This document shows, piece after piece, positions 1 to 23,789 of a DNA stretch of 64,000 nt. Positions within the stretch are counted from its first letter, which is position 1. Every line of letters starts with the position of its first letter. The translations under genes were made by a program, and so were the position numbers. Source of the DNA: Podarcis gaigeae (taxonomy: Eukaryota); assembly GCA_964106915.2 (NCBI GenBank), contig OZ066916.1; one strand, 5' to 3'. Under the pieces are notes generated by a model that saw only the letters and a program-made list of their open reading frames with translations, was not told the DNA's origin and made no database searches.

Positions 1-74
1 TGACAGATATTGACACATGGATTCATGTCTTCCTTTTTTGTTCCCCACCCCCTCAAAAAAAAAAAAATGTTCAG

Positions 75-154
75 ATATGTTGTCTCCAGCTTTGGAAACC
101 TCAAGCATAACTCCATCTGTTTATAGTGTCCATGCCTTAACGCTGCTGTCAGAA
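75..154 (+). CDS. DOP1A: DOP1A exon ([27 protein letters not shown])
   Basis: ttcag|...GAA|gtaagt, 80 nt. Confidence 0.88.
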
Positions 155-3100
155 GTAAGTTTCCCCCCTTTTTAGTAGACTTTAAGATAATTTGTTTGCA
201 TATAAATATAGAGAGTTAACACAGAAAAGAACAGAGCATTGTTTCACCACACTTCTGGAATTTTGGTAGCAGGTGAATATTCAGATGTGCAAGAAAGCAC
301 ATATTTTTGAGCAGTAAGAAGCCTGGTGGGCCACACCTGGCCCCTGGACCTGAGGTTCCTCACACCTGCACTAGTGAAAGGCAAGGAACATGATTTTCAG
401 TGATCTCTCCTATCCAGGGCAGGCTCTGGTGCTTCCCACAAGCTTCTCCTTAGGTTCCGGGGATCTTTTGAAGCAGTATGGGATATAGCATAGGTGGCTG
501 CAGTTGGTAGGAGGGATGAGTGAAAGTGGCGTGCCGCCTTAGGCTCACAGAAGGGCTTTTGCTGGCACAAAGCTACCATTCAAATCAGTGGGACTGAATT
601 TTGTTATGCAATATTTAAGCCCCGTTGGTCTTAATGGGCCTACTATAAGCATGACTTAAGATTGCAATCCTAACCCCACTTACCTGGGAGTAAGCACCAT
701 TGAGTTCAATAGAACTTACTTTTGAGAAGACATGTTAGGATTGCCTTGCAAATCTTCATCCAAGCCCATGTCGCTGGAAATAGTAGAGAAGGGAATTGTC
801 CATGCATGTGCTTTGGGGTATATTTTTTCCTTTTTAGCAGAAACAAAATTGTGCTGAAAGATAATATAGCTGTTGGCTCTCCCCCCCCCCCCCCCCACAA
901 AAAAGCACACATTACATTTGGAAGTTGATTTGGTATTAAAACAGTCATGTTCATGTGCTCAGTCTCGGACAGGATTTCTCTGCTATGGAATGCAGCACAT
1001 TTGTCAGTATACAATTCTTATCTGCTTTTGAGAGAATGAAGAAAAATCATCTATATTTTCGGTGCTATACTTAAGGAATTTGTGGATTTTTTTAAACAAC
1101 CATTTAGTTTTGATAAGATGATATTTCAAAGAGAACTTGTTAAATAATGTTTTCTTTGTGACGTTTTGAAAATAATGAATATAGCTGGAAGCTGGGCAGT
1201 CATCCATTGAAAGGATATATAGTACAGTATTTATATATTTTAAGCAGAAGTCCTTAAAGATTGTAAGGGCAGAAAATTGACATTTTCAATATTTCTCTTC
1301 TCTTGTAGGTCTTGGCTCATCTTTTGGATATGGTTTTCTACAGTGATGAAAAAGAGCGAGTCATTCCACTTCTTGTAAATATAATGCACTATGTTGTGCC
1401 TTATCTTCGCAATCACAGGTACCTCTACAATCACATGTACAACTTATTTTAACTATGATGTACACTTTCATTGAACTTACCATTACACTTTACATAAAGT
1501 ACTCTCTGGACGAGTTTCCCAAACAAGGACATGATGATTAACTGCTTCAGAACAAGCCAAGATACTTAGCCAACTTAATAGCTTAATATCCTGACGTGTT
1601 TGAAAGCTGTCTGCCATAGTTTCCAGGCTTGAACAAAACAGCTATAATTCATGTTAGTTAACTATATACATTCTGGTTTGTTTGCTGGCTCTTGTGAAAA
1701 GGCTGTGCCATAGGCTCATCTACATCTCTGCCTATTAAAATGAGATTCTGTTGTTTGAATGTGGTCCTTCTCTGCAGTCTTGAAATGAGCAATTATTTAT
1801 AAGAAGCACTAATACTTGCAGTGACATATGGCCCTACTCTGCAGGAACGACTCCAAGACTGGTGCTCCTCCACCCCAGATATTTCCTGCTATCCCATTCA
1901 TCTGCCCCACTTCCCTTCGTAGTAGATTATGGTCCTCTCTGGCAATGATTACATCCTTGCTCCCCTAGTAGTCTTTTTTGCCACTTCCCCAACTGCTCTT
2001 CTGAGTGCACTTGTATGAACTCATATTGACTATTGAAAGAGTTCAGCAGCAAAAGTAGCAATCTGTAGTCCCCAACCTTTCCTGCTTGTTGGCGTTTGTG
2101 AGACATTTTGCATTTCAGCTGCCTAAATTCTGATTTTGCACAGTAACTCTGTATTTTGCAGATAGTGTTCAGGACTAGCCCTTATATTATAGTAACTCAA
2201 GTCAGTTGCTGTCAAAAGCTTCACCAAACAAAAGCTTCATCACTGAGCCTATCACAGTGTAAACATTCTGTGCTGTGTATTACCAATGGCAGGAATTTTA
2301 TCTGTGGCTGACAGACTCTGCTGACCTCCCTGCCAGAGGTGTAACTCACTTCAGCCACTTAGATTTACATTACCAGGCTTGCTCTTTATGTGGCGTAACT
2401 TTCTGGTGTAAGATGCCTTGGTTTTTCCAGCTCTTTGCTTCAGGCTAGTTGTTGAAGAAGGAGGACTTCTCAGGCTACAGATGACACAGAGCTGCTTGAA
2501 TGAATAAGGCATGTTTCTGACAAATTAAGCTCTAAATGCTTCATCCAGTACGGAGGCAAAGAAAATGTAGCCCTCCATATGTCGTTCGACTTCCAGTTCC
2601 CATCAGTCTCAACCAACAAGGCCAGCAGCCAACATTGATGATGGGAGTTGTTGTACCATCATGATTGTGATTATGCATGTGCACAGCGGAGGGTAGTGAT
2701 TTTCTAATAATGAATTTTCCTTTGAGGTGCACCCCCTTGCACAGTGCTAAAGTCTGCTCTGGAGGGTTTACTAACATCCGGGAGGAGCATTTGAAGGGGA
2801 TGGGGCATTCATTGGGCAGCTGTAGGCCAGGATCTGGTTTTGGGATCCAAGCAAAAATAATTTCAAATTGATTTAAAGGTGATGTGTTCTGACTGTTTTT
2901 GTGCAGGGTTTTTCTTACTTGTAATCTTTTTGAATTGGATTTATTTCCTTGTTCCAGTGCCCATAACGCGCCCAGCTACCGAGCGTGTGTTCAGCTGTTG
3001 AGCAGCCTGAGCGGCTATCAGTACACAAGGAGAGCGTGGAAAAAGGAAGCTTTTGACCTCTTTATGGATTCCAGTTTCTTTCAAATGGATGCTTCCTGTG

Positions 3101-6100
3101 TTAATCAGTAAGGCTTTTTGTTGCTCCTGTTTGATTTTAGTACCAAGGGGCAGAGGGAATAGAATTGTTTCCCCAAGACAGTTGTTGTCAACATGGGGCC
3201 TTCCAGATGTTTTGGGACTCCCAACTCCTATCAGCCCCAGCCAGCATGGCTGATGTTCAGGGATGATGGGAGTTGAGGCCAGCAATGTCTAGAAAGGCGC
3301 CACATCAGCTCCCCAGCCTTAAGACAGCATACTGACGAAATTATAGCAATCTGCACTATCCAGATGACTAGATACTCTCATTTGCTTGTATAATCTTCTG
3401 TTGGCTGTAAGGTCTACACTATATAGCAACATCACAACAGGGTTTCAGGCAGCTCTTTCACCAACCCCACCTGCAGATCCTAGTGGTGAAACCTAATGCC
3501 TTCTGCATAAGGTACAGCTGAACTTCGTTCCTCTGCTATTTTCTCTCCAGTTCTTACAGAGCTTGTTTCTCCAAGTTCCCATAATTTGTTGGTTCTGCAC
3601 ATCCACTGCCTCAACTCGATTCCATGCACATCTACCCATAGCTTGGATAGTGTGGTTGCTGATTCCAGAAAGAGCTTCTCAAATAGCCTTGGTTCAAGCT
3701 TGATAAGGGCTACCAGTGACTATATTCTGCAACCATTGTTGGAGACAGCATGCCTCAGAATACCAGTTCAGTTGCTGGGGAGAGTGCTGTTGCACTCAGT
3801 TCCTTCTTGTGGACTTCCTAGGCATCTGGTTGGCCACTGTGAAAACAGGATGTTGCACTAGATTTCATTTTGCCTGATCCTGCAGCGTTCTTCTCAAGTT
3901 CTTGTCTCTTTTCTTTATATTCTCCCCACCCCCTAACCCCAAGACTCCTTTGGTCAACAAAGGCAGCTGCTTGGTTCTTACGGATCTGTACCATTCATAT
4001 ACTGCAGGATCTTATTCTGACGTACAGAGCAGAATTGTGAAAGGGGCGTCAAACTGACACTTTTCCTTTTTATTTAAACCAGAATAAAATTCCATGCTTT
4101 TATTTGCAATGACAGTATCATTTTAAATTCTTTTTTAGTTGGAGAGCAATCATGGATAATTTGATGACACATGACAAAACCACGTTCAGAGATCTGATGA
4201 GTGAGTTCTGGCTTTTAACTCTGTGTACAAGATCCACAGACATTTGCATGTGTGGAATCCATTCTAATAATATTAGCTACCATGTTGTAAAGGTTGATTC
4301 TTCTGATGTTTGCTTAGATTAGTTGTGGCTTAGATTAGTTGTGATTTGGACCATTATGCCAGGCATCCCCAACCTGTGGCCCTCCAGCTGTTTTGGCCTA
4401 CAACTCCCATGGTCCTTAGCTAACAGGACCAGTGGTTGGGGATGATGGGAATTGTAGTCCAAAACATCTGGAGGGCCGAAGGTTGGGGATGCCTGGCATA
4501 ATGGTCCAAATCACAACTAATCTAAGCCAAGAAAGCTTGTTTTTTTGGCGAAGACAGCATAGACATGATTGATACTTTTTCATTGACTTTCCTGTTGGAG
4601 TAATTTTGATAAATTAATTTTGTTTGTTTTGTAAATTTAATGTTCGTTACGTTAATATCTTGAATTATTCCTTGCTCTATCTGCCTTAACCTAGGGCTTT
4701 GTTGTTTGTATGCAAGATCTACCTGCCAAGTAGCCCACAAGAGTGCGTCTTAACTCGGAATGCGTTGCATCCCTTTTTTTTGGAAAAAAAAGAATGTAAA
4801 ATCACTTTTTAAAAAGTATATTCAGAGAAAATTCTAGAGTATTGAACACCAAGACTTATTGATTGAAGTGACTGCTGAAGTGTGAGTGTTAGTGCCAGGT
4901 CTATCCTACGAATAGTTCCCTTGCTCTCATGAATATAGGGAACAGTGGGAGAGTGCTGTGGCCCTCATGTCCTGCCTTGGGCATCTCATTGGCCACTGTG
5001 AGAAGCAGGATGCTGGACTAGATGGGCCTTCTTAAGAGAAATGCACACAGTCAGTGCAATTAGCTCATAAATAGGATCCATGTAGTGTATGTGGTACCTG
5101 GCATGTATGTTTAAAGTGCAGAATACAGTCTGGGCACTGAGTTACGGCACTCACCTAGTGATTTTAACAACATACTTTAAATCAGCCTTTTCCAACCTGG
5201 AGTCCTGTGCCTGTTTTGAACTACTCTTACCTCTGAGCCAAGAACTCTTGTCTTCACTAAAAGCACCCTCTCTGCTGCATGATTCCTTCTTTAGCACGTG
5301 TGGCTGTGGCTCAGAGCAGTTCGCTCAATCTGTTTGCCAATCGGGATGTAGAACTGGAACAGCGTGCTATGCTTCTGAAGAGGCTGGCCTTTGCCATTTT
5401 TAGCAGTGAAGTGGACCAATACCAGAAATACCTTCCAGATATACAAGGTGAATAAGAATTTTACCATTTCCCTTGGAGGGGTAAAGTTAATACAAGTTTC
5501 CTTTGCTTAGTGCTTTATGGATGACATGACCTCCCCCAGTTTCCACTTTAATCATGGGGAACTTGCGGTCCTCCAGATGTTGGACTACAACTCCCATCAT
5601 TCTTTACCATTAGCTTGCGCCCCGGGGAGGTCACTTCAGTGCTGCCAATGTGGTGGTTTGTCTTCACCTCTGGAGGCACACTCCCATTGTCTCTCAAGAT
5701 GGAAGCATGCCAACCAGTCGTGCTAGCTGGGCCACATGGGAGTTGGAGTTTATTAATATGTGGAGGGCAAAGGACTCCCCACCCCCCAATTTAAACAATA
5801 GTTAAATCTTCTGCTCTGTGTATTGGCACATAATTTGGGACCAGCAGAACAAAGCATTCCAAAAAAAAATCTGCTAACCTCTGGATCGTACCATTGGCTG
5901 TTATGATTGTCTCTTAGAAACACAGTGAACTGTTTACTTGAAAACTGGTACATCTCTCCCTCCTTCCCCCAGCACCTCTAATATTCTCTACTGAGGGGAG
6001 GTTTGTGTGCGCATGAGTTTAGCGTACCTTTCCTAAATACAATCAGGCAAATCAACTAAAGCTCATAATATTAATCAGTTGGATTTTTTTCTGGGCTGCA

Positions 6101-9100
6101 GATTTTTGAGCTACCAAATCTGTGTTGATTTTTCTGTTTCAGAAAGGCTGGTAGAAAGTCTCCGCCTGCCGCAAGTGCCCACTCTTCACTCCCAAGTGTT
6201 CCTCTTTTTCCGAGTTCTGCTCTTGAGAATGTCTCCACAGCATCTTACCTCGCTTTGGCCTACCATGATCACAGAATTGGTGAGTTGCAACTGACTTTGG
6301 AACATGGGGAAGCTTTTTTCTATATTAAAAAAGCCAGTACTTCAATATCTCTATAGAAATATTAGCCCAAGGTTAGCCAACACAATGCCCTTCAGATGTT
6401 GCTGGATACGATTTCCAGCCATTAGTGATGATGGGAGTATATCACTGCTGGGGTGCAAGCTTACATGCTATGTCATGCATAAGGATACTGAAGTCACATG
6501 TTTTGAGCAACCTGCATGGATCTTTCCCACCTGATCATTAGCCTGGAAGGAGGACAATAATTGAGTGGAAAAGATCAGGTGTTTATTCACATGCATACAC
6601 CACCACATCACTGTCAATGTGTAAGGGGGATATGATTGGAATGTCCATTCGTTAATACTGTATTTAAAATTTGGTGTGTTGTTTTTTTAAAAAAACAAAC
6701 TTCAGGTCCAAGTATTTTTATTGATGGAACAGGAACTCACAGCTGATGAAGATATCTCAAGGTAAATGTCAATTTCTCTTCTCTCATCTTATTTGCATAA
6801 TAGTTGAAATATACTGACTGATAGTCCAATTATTTTATATTACTCATTTGGAAGGTTTTTCCCCCGTCTTGCTATGAAAACAGGAACATAATCGGTGGCA
6901 ATAAGCAGCAGTACGCAATTTTTTTTCATTCCAGTTCATGTTTATCTAATACTGTAATCAGTTCACAAAGATCAAATTAGTCAGACAGGACCATATATTG
7001 TAAAAGTAAATCAGACTTTGGTCTTGCTTCTTTATCAGTACTATTTACGCTAAATTATATGAATAAAGCAGAAGTGTAATTTAGAACCACTAGCTGCAGC
7101 TATCTTGTTAAAATTATTTTCAGAAGGGTAATATAAAAGTTATCCTCATAGAGAATTCTTCCAGTTCATTTAAAGTATACGCTAAGAGAAGAGCATTGAT
7201 TTGTGAAGTGTGGACATAACTGATTAAAAATAACCTGTAGTAAATTCATTTGAATTGCAGAACTTCAGGACCATCTGTTGCTGGCCTGGAAACCACATAC
7301 ACTGGAGGCAATGGATTCTCAACATCCTACAACAGCCAGCGATGGTTAAATCTTTATTTGTCAGCTTGTAAATTTCTGGATTTAGCCTTGGCATTGCCCT
7401 CTGAAAATCTTCCTCAGTTTCAGATGTAAGTACACTTTACCTCGTTCAAATCCAAGTGTGCCGTAGAAACACTTCATTGTGAGAAAACCTTCATATGTAG
7501 GGTGATTCTTCTTTTTGAGCGGCAAGGGCATGTGCTTTTTACGGCCTTCTGCCACCTCACCTTGTGTTATGGCAGTGAAAATATGTCTTAGGTGGCACAG
7601 CTCCCCATCAGAGGAATGCCCTCCATATAGTGTTGGCAGAAATTCAGGAGAAGCAACTTGGTTAGAGGCCTACTCCCTCTCCCCAGTAACCAACATCAGC
7701 CCATGTGCTATCCTGTTTCAGTCAGGATGCCCAAGACTGTGTCCCAATATGTATGGCAGGGGTGTGTTTTATTACCATTTGGCAAATATATACAAAAGGA
7801 AATCAGAAAGGGGTGGGCAGAGCAGAACAAAGCAAACAATGCTTTTAAAATATTTCTTCTTAGAAGTGGCTTCTGTGAAACAAATTGCTTTTTATGCATC
7901 TAATTTTACTCCCATGGATCTTTGTTTATCTTAGCAGATTTTGGCTACATAAAGACATGCCTGGATATAAATTGACTCAACTAGGGAGGGCTGGTGTGTT
8001 CTTGCCAAAGATAACTTGCTGAATATTGATGACTTTGTCCTCTTTTTCTTTAACAGGTATCGCTGGGCCTTTATTCCAGAAGCTTCTGATGATTCAGGGT
8101 TGGAGGTGCGAAGACAAGGCACACACCAAAGGGAATTCAAACCATACGTAGTACGATTAGCAAAACTGCTGCGAAAGAGAGCAAAGGTATTTCATTTCTC
8201 TTTTCATAATTTATTACTACTACAGAACTAATGCGTATTTTATATCAATGCATCAATCACACATTTAAGCTCTGATCCAAGAGGAGCTTAAAACCATGTG
8301 TGGCTTTAGCTAGGTTAAACTGGCAACAGCACCTATCAGGGGTGGGGTTCAGCCTTTGTGTCAGCTGTGCACACAGCGTCTTCAGCCTCTTAATCAAAAC
8401 AAAGTCCTGGACTTGTATCCACCATGTTGAGGACTCGGGCAGTCGTGCCCCTCAGTGGAGCAGTTTAAAAAAGCCGCCTGCCTGTACAGGTGGCTGAGGG
8501 ACGAACAAGCTGCATCGACTCCAGTGACTTGCCAATGAAGCTTATTCCTCCGTCTGTGGTTTCCAGGCCAGAGGGACTCGACAGCGGTGGTGGTTTTACT
8601 TGCAATATACCCCCGTCATGATCTGGTCTAGGGTGACGTATTGATACATCACCCAGGCCTAGTAGACTAGGGCTGGGAGATATCTGCTTTGCAACATCGT
8701 AATATACAGTGGTACCTCGCAAGACGAATTTCCCTATGGGCTTGCTTCGCAAGACGAAACGTCTTGCGAGTTTGTTTCCTTTTTCTTAAAGCCGCTAATA
8801 GCCGTGCTTTGCAAGACGAAGAGACTCGCGGAACGGATTAATTTCGTCTTGCGAGGCACCACTGTACCACCATATTCCAAAGCTTAGCTGGTGGTATATC
8901 ATGTCAGAACAGAGGCAGGGAGGAAGACAGCTGCCAGCCACACAGCGAGGATTAGAATCACCATGCGCAGCTTCTGCCTGTCAAGGCCAGGTGGAAAAAG
9001 CTGCCACATCCTCCAGTGCCTGGTACACAGAGCCCTGGCCTCACAAGGCACAGAGTGAAGCCACCACCTCCAGCAGCTGCCGCCTTGGCATGGGGCGGAG

Positions 9101-9723
9101 GGTTGTCTCCTCCTCCCAGGAGAAAGAGGTAGCTTGCTGTCTCCCCTGTGCAAAGGCAGCAGTTTCTTTAAACTTTTCTGCTGAGGGGTGTGGGCAGCTA
9201 CGCACCCTCAGCAGAAAAGTTTAAAGAAACTGCCTATCCATGGGGTGGAGTGACTGCTTCTCCCATGACTGACATTGCACTCTGGGCAATGTATTGATAC
9301 ACTGGTCACTACTAGGCCTGGGTGATGAAAGTGTGCTAATTTTTGAAGTCTCCTACAACACTGCTTTGTCCTGAAATTCTCCTCTCTTCTCTTCCCCCCT
9401 CCCCCACATATTAACAGAAAAACCCAGAGGAGGACAGCTCAGGGAAAACACTAAACTGGGAACCTGGCAGCTTGCTCCTGACCATCTGTGCTGTTCGCAG
9501 CATTGAACAGCTTCTGCCTTTCTTCAACGTCCTGAGCCAAGTATTTAACAGCAAAATCACCAGCAGAAGCATTGGTCATTCAGGGAGCCCCATGCTTTAC
9601 CCAAATTCTTTCCCTACCAAGGACATAAAAATGGAAACTCAAAAGACATTCTCCAGCAAAGCAAGACAAAAAATTGAAGAAATGGTTGAGAAGGACTTTC
9701 TGGAAGGTGTCATAAAAACATGA
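75..9723 (+). CDS. DOP1A: DOP1 leucine zipper-like protein A (Dopey-1), 3' part; last 10 coding exons (5' end outside window)
   Basis: Exons 75-154, 1309-1418, 2958-3107, 4139-4200, 5295-5447, 6143-6279, 6706-6761, 7261-7425, 8057-8186, 9418-9723. All are AG/GT bounded with compatible phases. Joined translation ([22 protein letters not shown]...[32 protein letters not shown]...[15 protein letters not shown]) is the Dopey-1 C-terminus; tail-to-tail with PGM3 as in other amniotes. Confidence 0.96.
1309..1418 (+). CDS. DOP1A: DOP1A exon ([37 protein letters not shown])
   Basis: ttgtag|...CAG|gtacc, 110 nt. Confidence 0.93.
2958..3107 (+). CDS. DOP1A: DOP1A exon ([37 protein letters not shown]...)
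   Basis: ttccag|...|gtaagg, 150 nt; inside ORF 2899..3111. Confidence 0.93.
3689..3905 (+). mobile_element. Retroposon 3' fragment (CR1-like tail), dispersed repeat
   Basis: CTGGTTGGCCACTGTGA.AACAGGATG.TG.ACTAGAT core recurs at ~4915-5030 (+), ~14927-15130 (-), ~26470-26625 (-). Confidence 0.55.
4139..4200 (+). CDS. DOP1A: DOP1A exon ([20 protein letters not shown])
   Basis: ttttag|...|gtgagt, 62 nt. Confidence 0.92.
4360..4495. mobile_element. Palindromic hAT-type MITE (CAGGCATCCCCAACCT termini)
   Basis: Terminal inverted repeats and near-palindromic interior. Degraded relatives near 2545-2660, 3180-3317, 5556-5620, 6360-6450, 22605-22676, 25545-25675. Confidence 0.75.
5295..5447 (+). CDS. 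DOP1A: DOP1A exon ([50 protein letters not shown])
   Basis: ctttag|...AAG|gtgaat, 153 nt. Confidence 0.93.
6143..6279 (+). CDS. DOP1A: DOP1A exon ([46 protein letters not shown])
   Basis: tttcag|...|gtgagt, 137 nt. Confidence 0.93.
6706..6761 (+). CDS. DOP1A: DOP1A exon ([19 protein letters not shown])
   Basis: cttcag|...AAG|gtaaat, 56 nt. Confidence 0.9.
7261..7425 (+). CDS. DOP1A: DOP1A exon ([55 protein letters not shown])
   Basis: ttgcag|...|gtaagt, 165 nt. Confidence 0.93.
8057..8186 (+). CDS. DOP1A: DOP1A exon ([43 protein letters not shown])
   Basis: taacag|...AAG|gtattt, 130 nt. Confidence 0.93.
8707..8864. mobile_element. Tc1/mariner (Tigger-like) MITE
   Basis: TA|CAGTGGTACCTCGCAAGACGAA ... 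TTCGTCTTGCGAGGCACCACTG|TA. Confidence 0.85.
9418..9723 (+). CDS. DOP1A: DOP1A terminal coding exon ([10 protein letters not shown]...DFLEGVIKT*)
   Basis: Polypyrimidine tract plus taacag|, TGA at 9721-9723. Confidence 0.93.
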   Translation, partial: KNPEEDSSGKTLNWEPGSLLLTICAVRSIEQLLPFFNVLSQVFNSKITSRSIGHSGSPMLYPNSFPTKDIKMETQKTFSSKARQKIEEMVEKDFLEGVIKT

Positions 9724-10594
9724 AGTGTACATGGTAAAATGTTTATCTTAAGTAATGTAACTTCAAATGAAACCACTCCATCCTTCCAGTGTGTATAGTT
9801 TCCTTTTTCATACTTTGTATGTAATGTATACTTCAGGGTGTATTTAATTTAAATACCTGTAAATAAGTTCTGGATGTGGCCTGAATCAAGTTGAAATATC
9901 GCTGGCTCATATCGATTATGGTGCCTACTATTAAATGTACATTTGTTTTGTCATCTTGAGGTATGTCTTTAAGAAAATTACCAATACAAGTTGCACATTT
10001 TTTCTAGCTGTGTCTTATTTTTTGTCTAGATATCTATGCAGCATCTTACAGGGAGCCACTTTTCTAAGCATGATAAAGTGCTAGCTATCAGAGCAGTTCT
10101 GTGACTCTGCACTGCTCCCAACATTCACTCCTCTCAATTAACATTGTTTCTGCCATGGCAACTTCCTGTTCCACATTTTCAATTAAGTGACCCTTCTATA
10201 TAGAGTTACAACTACATTACTCTTAAATATTTGGTTCAAAGTTTTTGCATGTTAAATTAAAAAAAATTCCTTCCCTCGCTACTACTAGCAGGAGCAAAGC
10301 GGACACTTATTCGCACATGCTTTCTTGCAAGGGGCAGATGAATGCTGCCTAACTATGAAAAATTGAAAAGCTTTGCTTGCCCAACAATATAGTTGTCAAA
10401 ATTCAATTTAGTACCTTTGATTTAAAAATTACTTAAGAACTACAGTGACCTAATAAAGTTAACAGAAACGACAATGAGGAGTTAACTCACTTCTAAAGGA
10501 ACTGCTTTTAATTATAAATTAATTTTGCATTTCATTTAGTAAAGCAAAAGCAGGAAGGTATGGTTTATGACTTACCTTGAAGAATGGTACTTCA

Positions 10595-22234
<11,640 letters not shown>

Positions 22235-22676
22235 CTCTGTAAGAGGCAGAATAAATTGATACAGCTATGATTAACATTACAGGTGACCATATTGTGACAG
22301 CAATACCAAAACCAGGAGGATGGGGAGATAATAGGATTTAACTTACACCAGAATAAGTCATGTGAGATGAGGAAGTTTAAAAACAGAGAGAGGGCGTGTG
22401 TGCACAGAAGTACAATTACTTGCTTATACCAGTGATGTCTTCCAGATGAAGGCAGCCCTGTATCAGGAAGTTTTAATGTTTGACATTTGATTATGTTTTT
22501 ATATTTTGCTGGAAACCGCCCAGAGTGCCTACAGAAACCCAGCCAGATGGGCAAGGTATAAATAATAAAATTATTATTACTATGATGGTGATGATAATGA
22601 AATCCAACTCCCATCAGTCCCAGTCAACATGGCTAATGGTCAGGGATGATGGAAGTGATAGCACAACAGCATCAGG

Positions 22677-22859
22677 TTGTTGGGAAAGATAGAGGGCACA
22701 AGGAGAAAGGGACGACAGAGGACGAGATGGTTGGACAGTGTTCTTGAAGCTACCAGAATAAGTTTGACCAAACTGCGGGAGGCAGTGGAAAACAGGAGTG
22801 CCTGGCGTGCTCTGGTCCATGGGATTACGAAGAGTCGGACACGACTAAACAACAACAAC
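22677..22859 (+). mobile_element. RTE-BovB LINE 3' fragment with (CAA)n tail
   Basis: Translates LGKIEGTRRKGRQRTRWLDSVLEAT...WRALVHGITKSRTRLN (RTE/BovB C-terminus); ends AAGAGTCGGACACGACTAAACAACAACAAC. Confidence 0.88.
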
Positions 22860-23789
22860 TCCTGGCTTGCACATAGACTAGCACACTGAATTAACTATCC
22901 CACTATCTCAGACTAACCAGTCCAAAGTATCAGGGGTTGGAAGAAATTGGTTACAAGACAGAGTTAACTTTCTGTTTTCACACTCCTAAATGCAACATCA
23001 ACAGCATCTGTATTCCAACACTGATTATTTCAGAGTGATTAGTTGTAGTTGTGGTGATATTGGAGGTACCTTTGCTTTAACTGTAGGTTTACTTTGTATT
23101 TTACAGTATTGCAATTTCTTATCACGAACCACCAAGGGATGTATTTGCATGGAATGCAATATGCAACTACCTTAAGCAATGGAAGAGTGTGTAGAAAGGG
23201 TAGTTGGCCCACCTGGAGGAATTTAACAAGCTAGTTTTAAAAAGCCTATAACTCTAGTAGTCATGATGACCATCTAGCTGGTACATCCCGACAAAACCAA
23301 CCTTGCTTCCATTGTGCCCCACCCACCTATGTCCAAGTAAGCAGCAGTGACACCAGCGGGTGCCTTTGCACTTCAATCCTACACCACTAGTCCCCCCCCC
23401 CAACTAAACAAGAAACCTCAAAAACTGCAACCTTTCCTCGGAGAGTTGTTGTTCCTGCCCCTTGATAATTCTGAAAGCCCTTTCCAGGACTATGGTATAA
23501 TTTATTTATTTTTGAGATGTGGTACACAGTATTCCAAGTACTGTCACACTATAGACTTTTATAATGATCTCTAATATGGAATTCTCTTTTCTGCACGCTG
23601 CGGGGGGCTTCACACTTGCAAGCCCGACAACTCCTTCCTGGTCGGTCACTACCAGCACAGAAGACCTAGCACATATAGATATACTTACCCCAAACTGCAT
23701 TACTTAACTCTTGCTTAGGCTAAACGGCATCTACTGTTTTAACGCCCACTCACCCAGTCTGGGGACACACCTTTCTTTTTACCGCCCTG

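Noticed and set aside
8899-9224. 107-aa and 84-aa ORFs in the last DOP1A intron
   Set aside because: GC-rich repeat interior, no splice context or recognisable domain.
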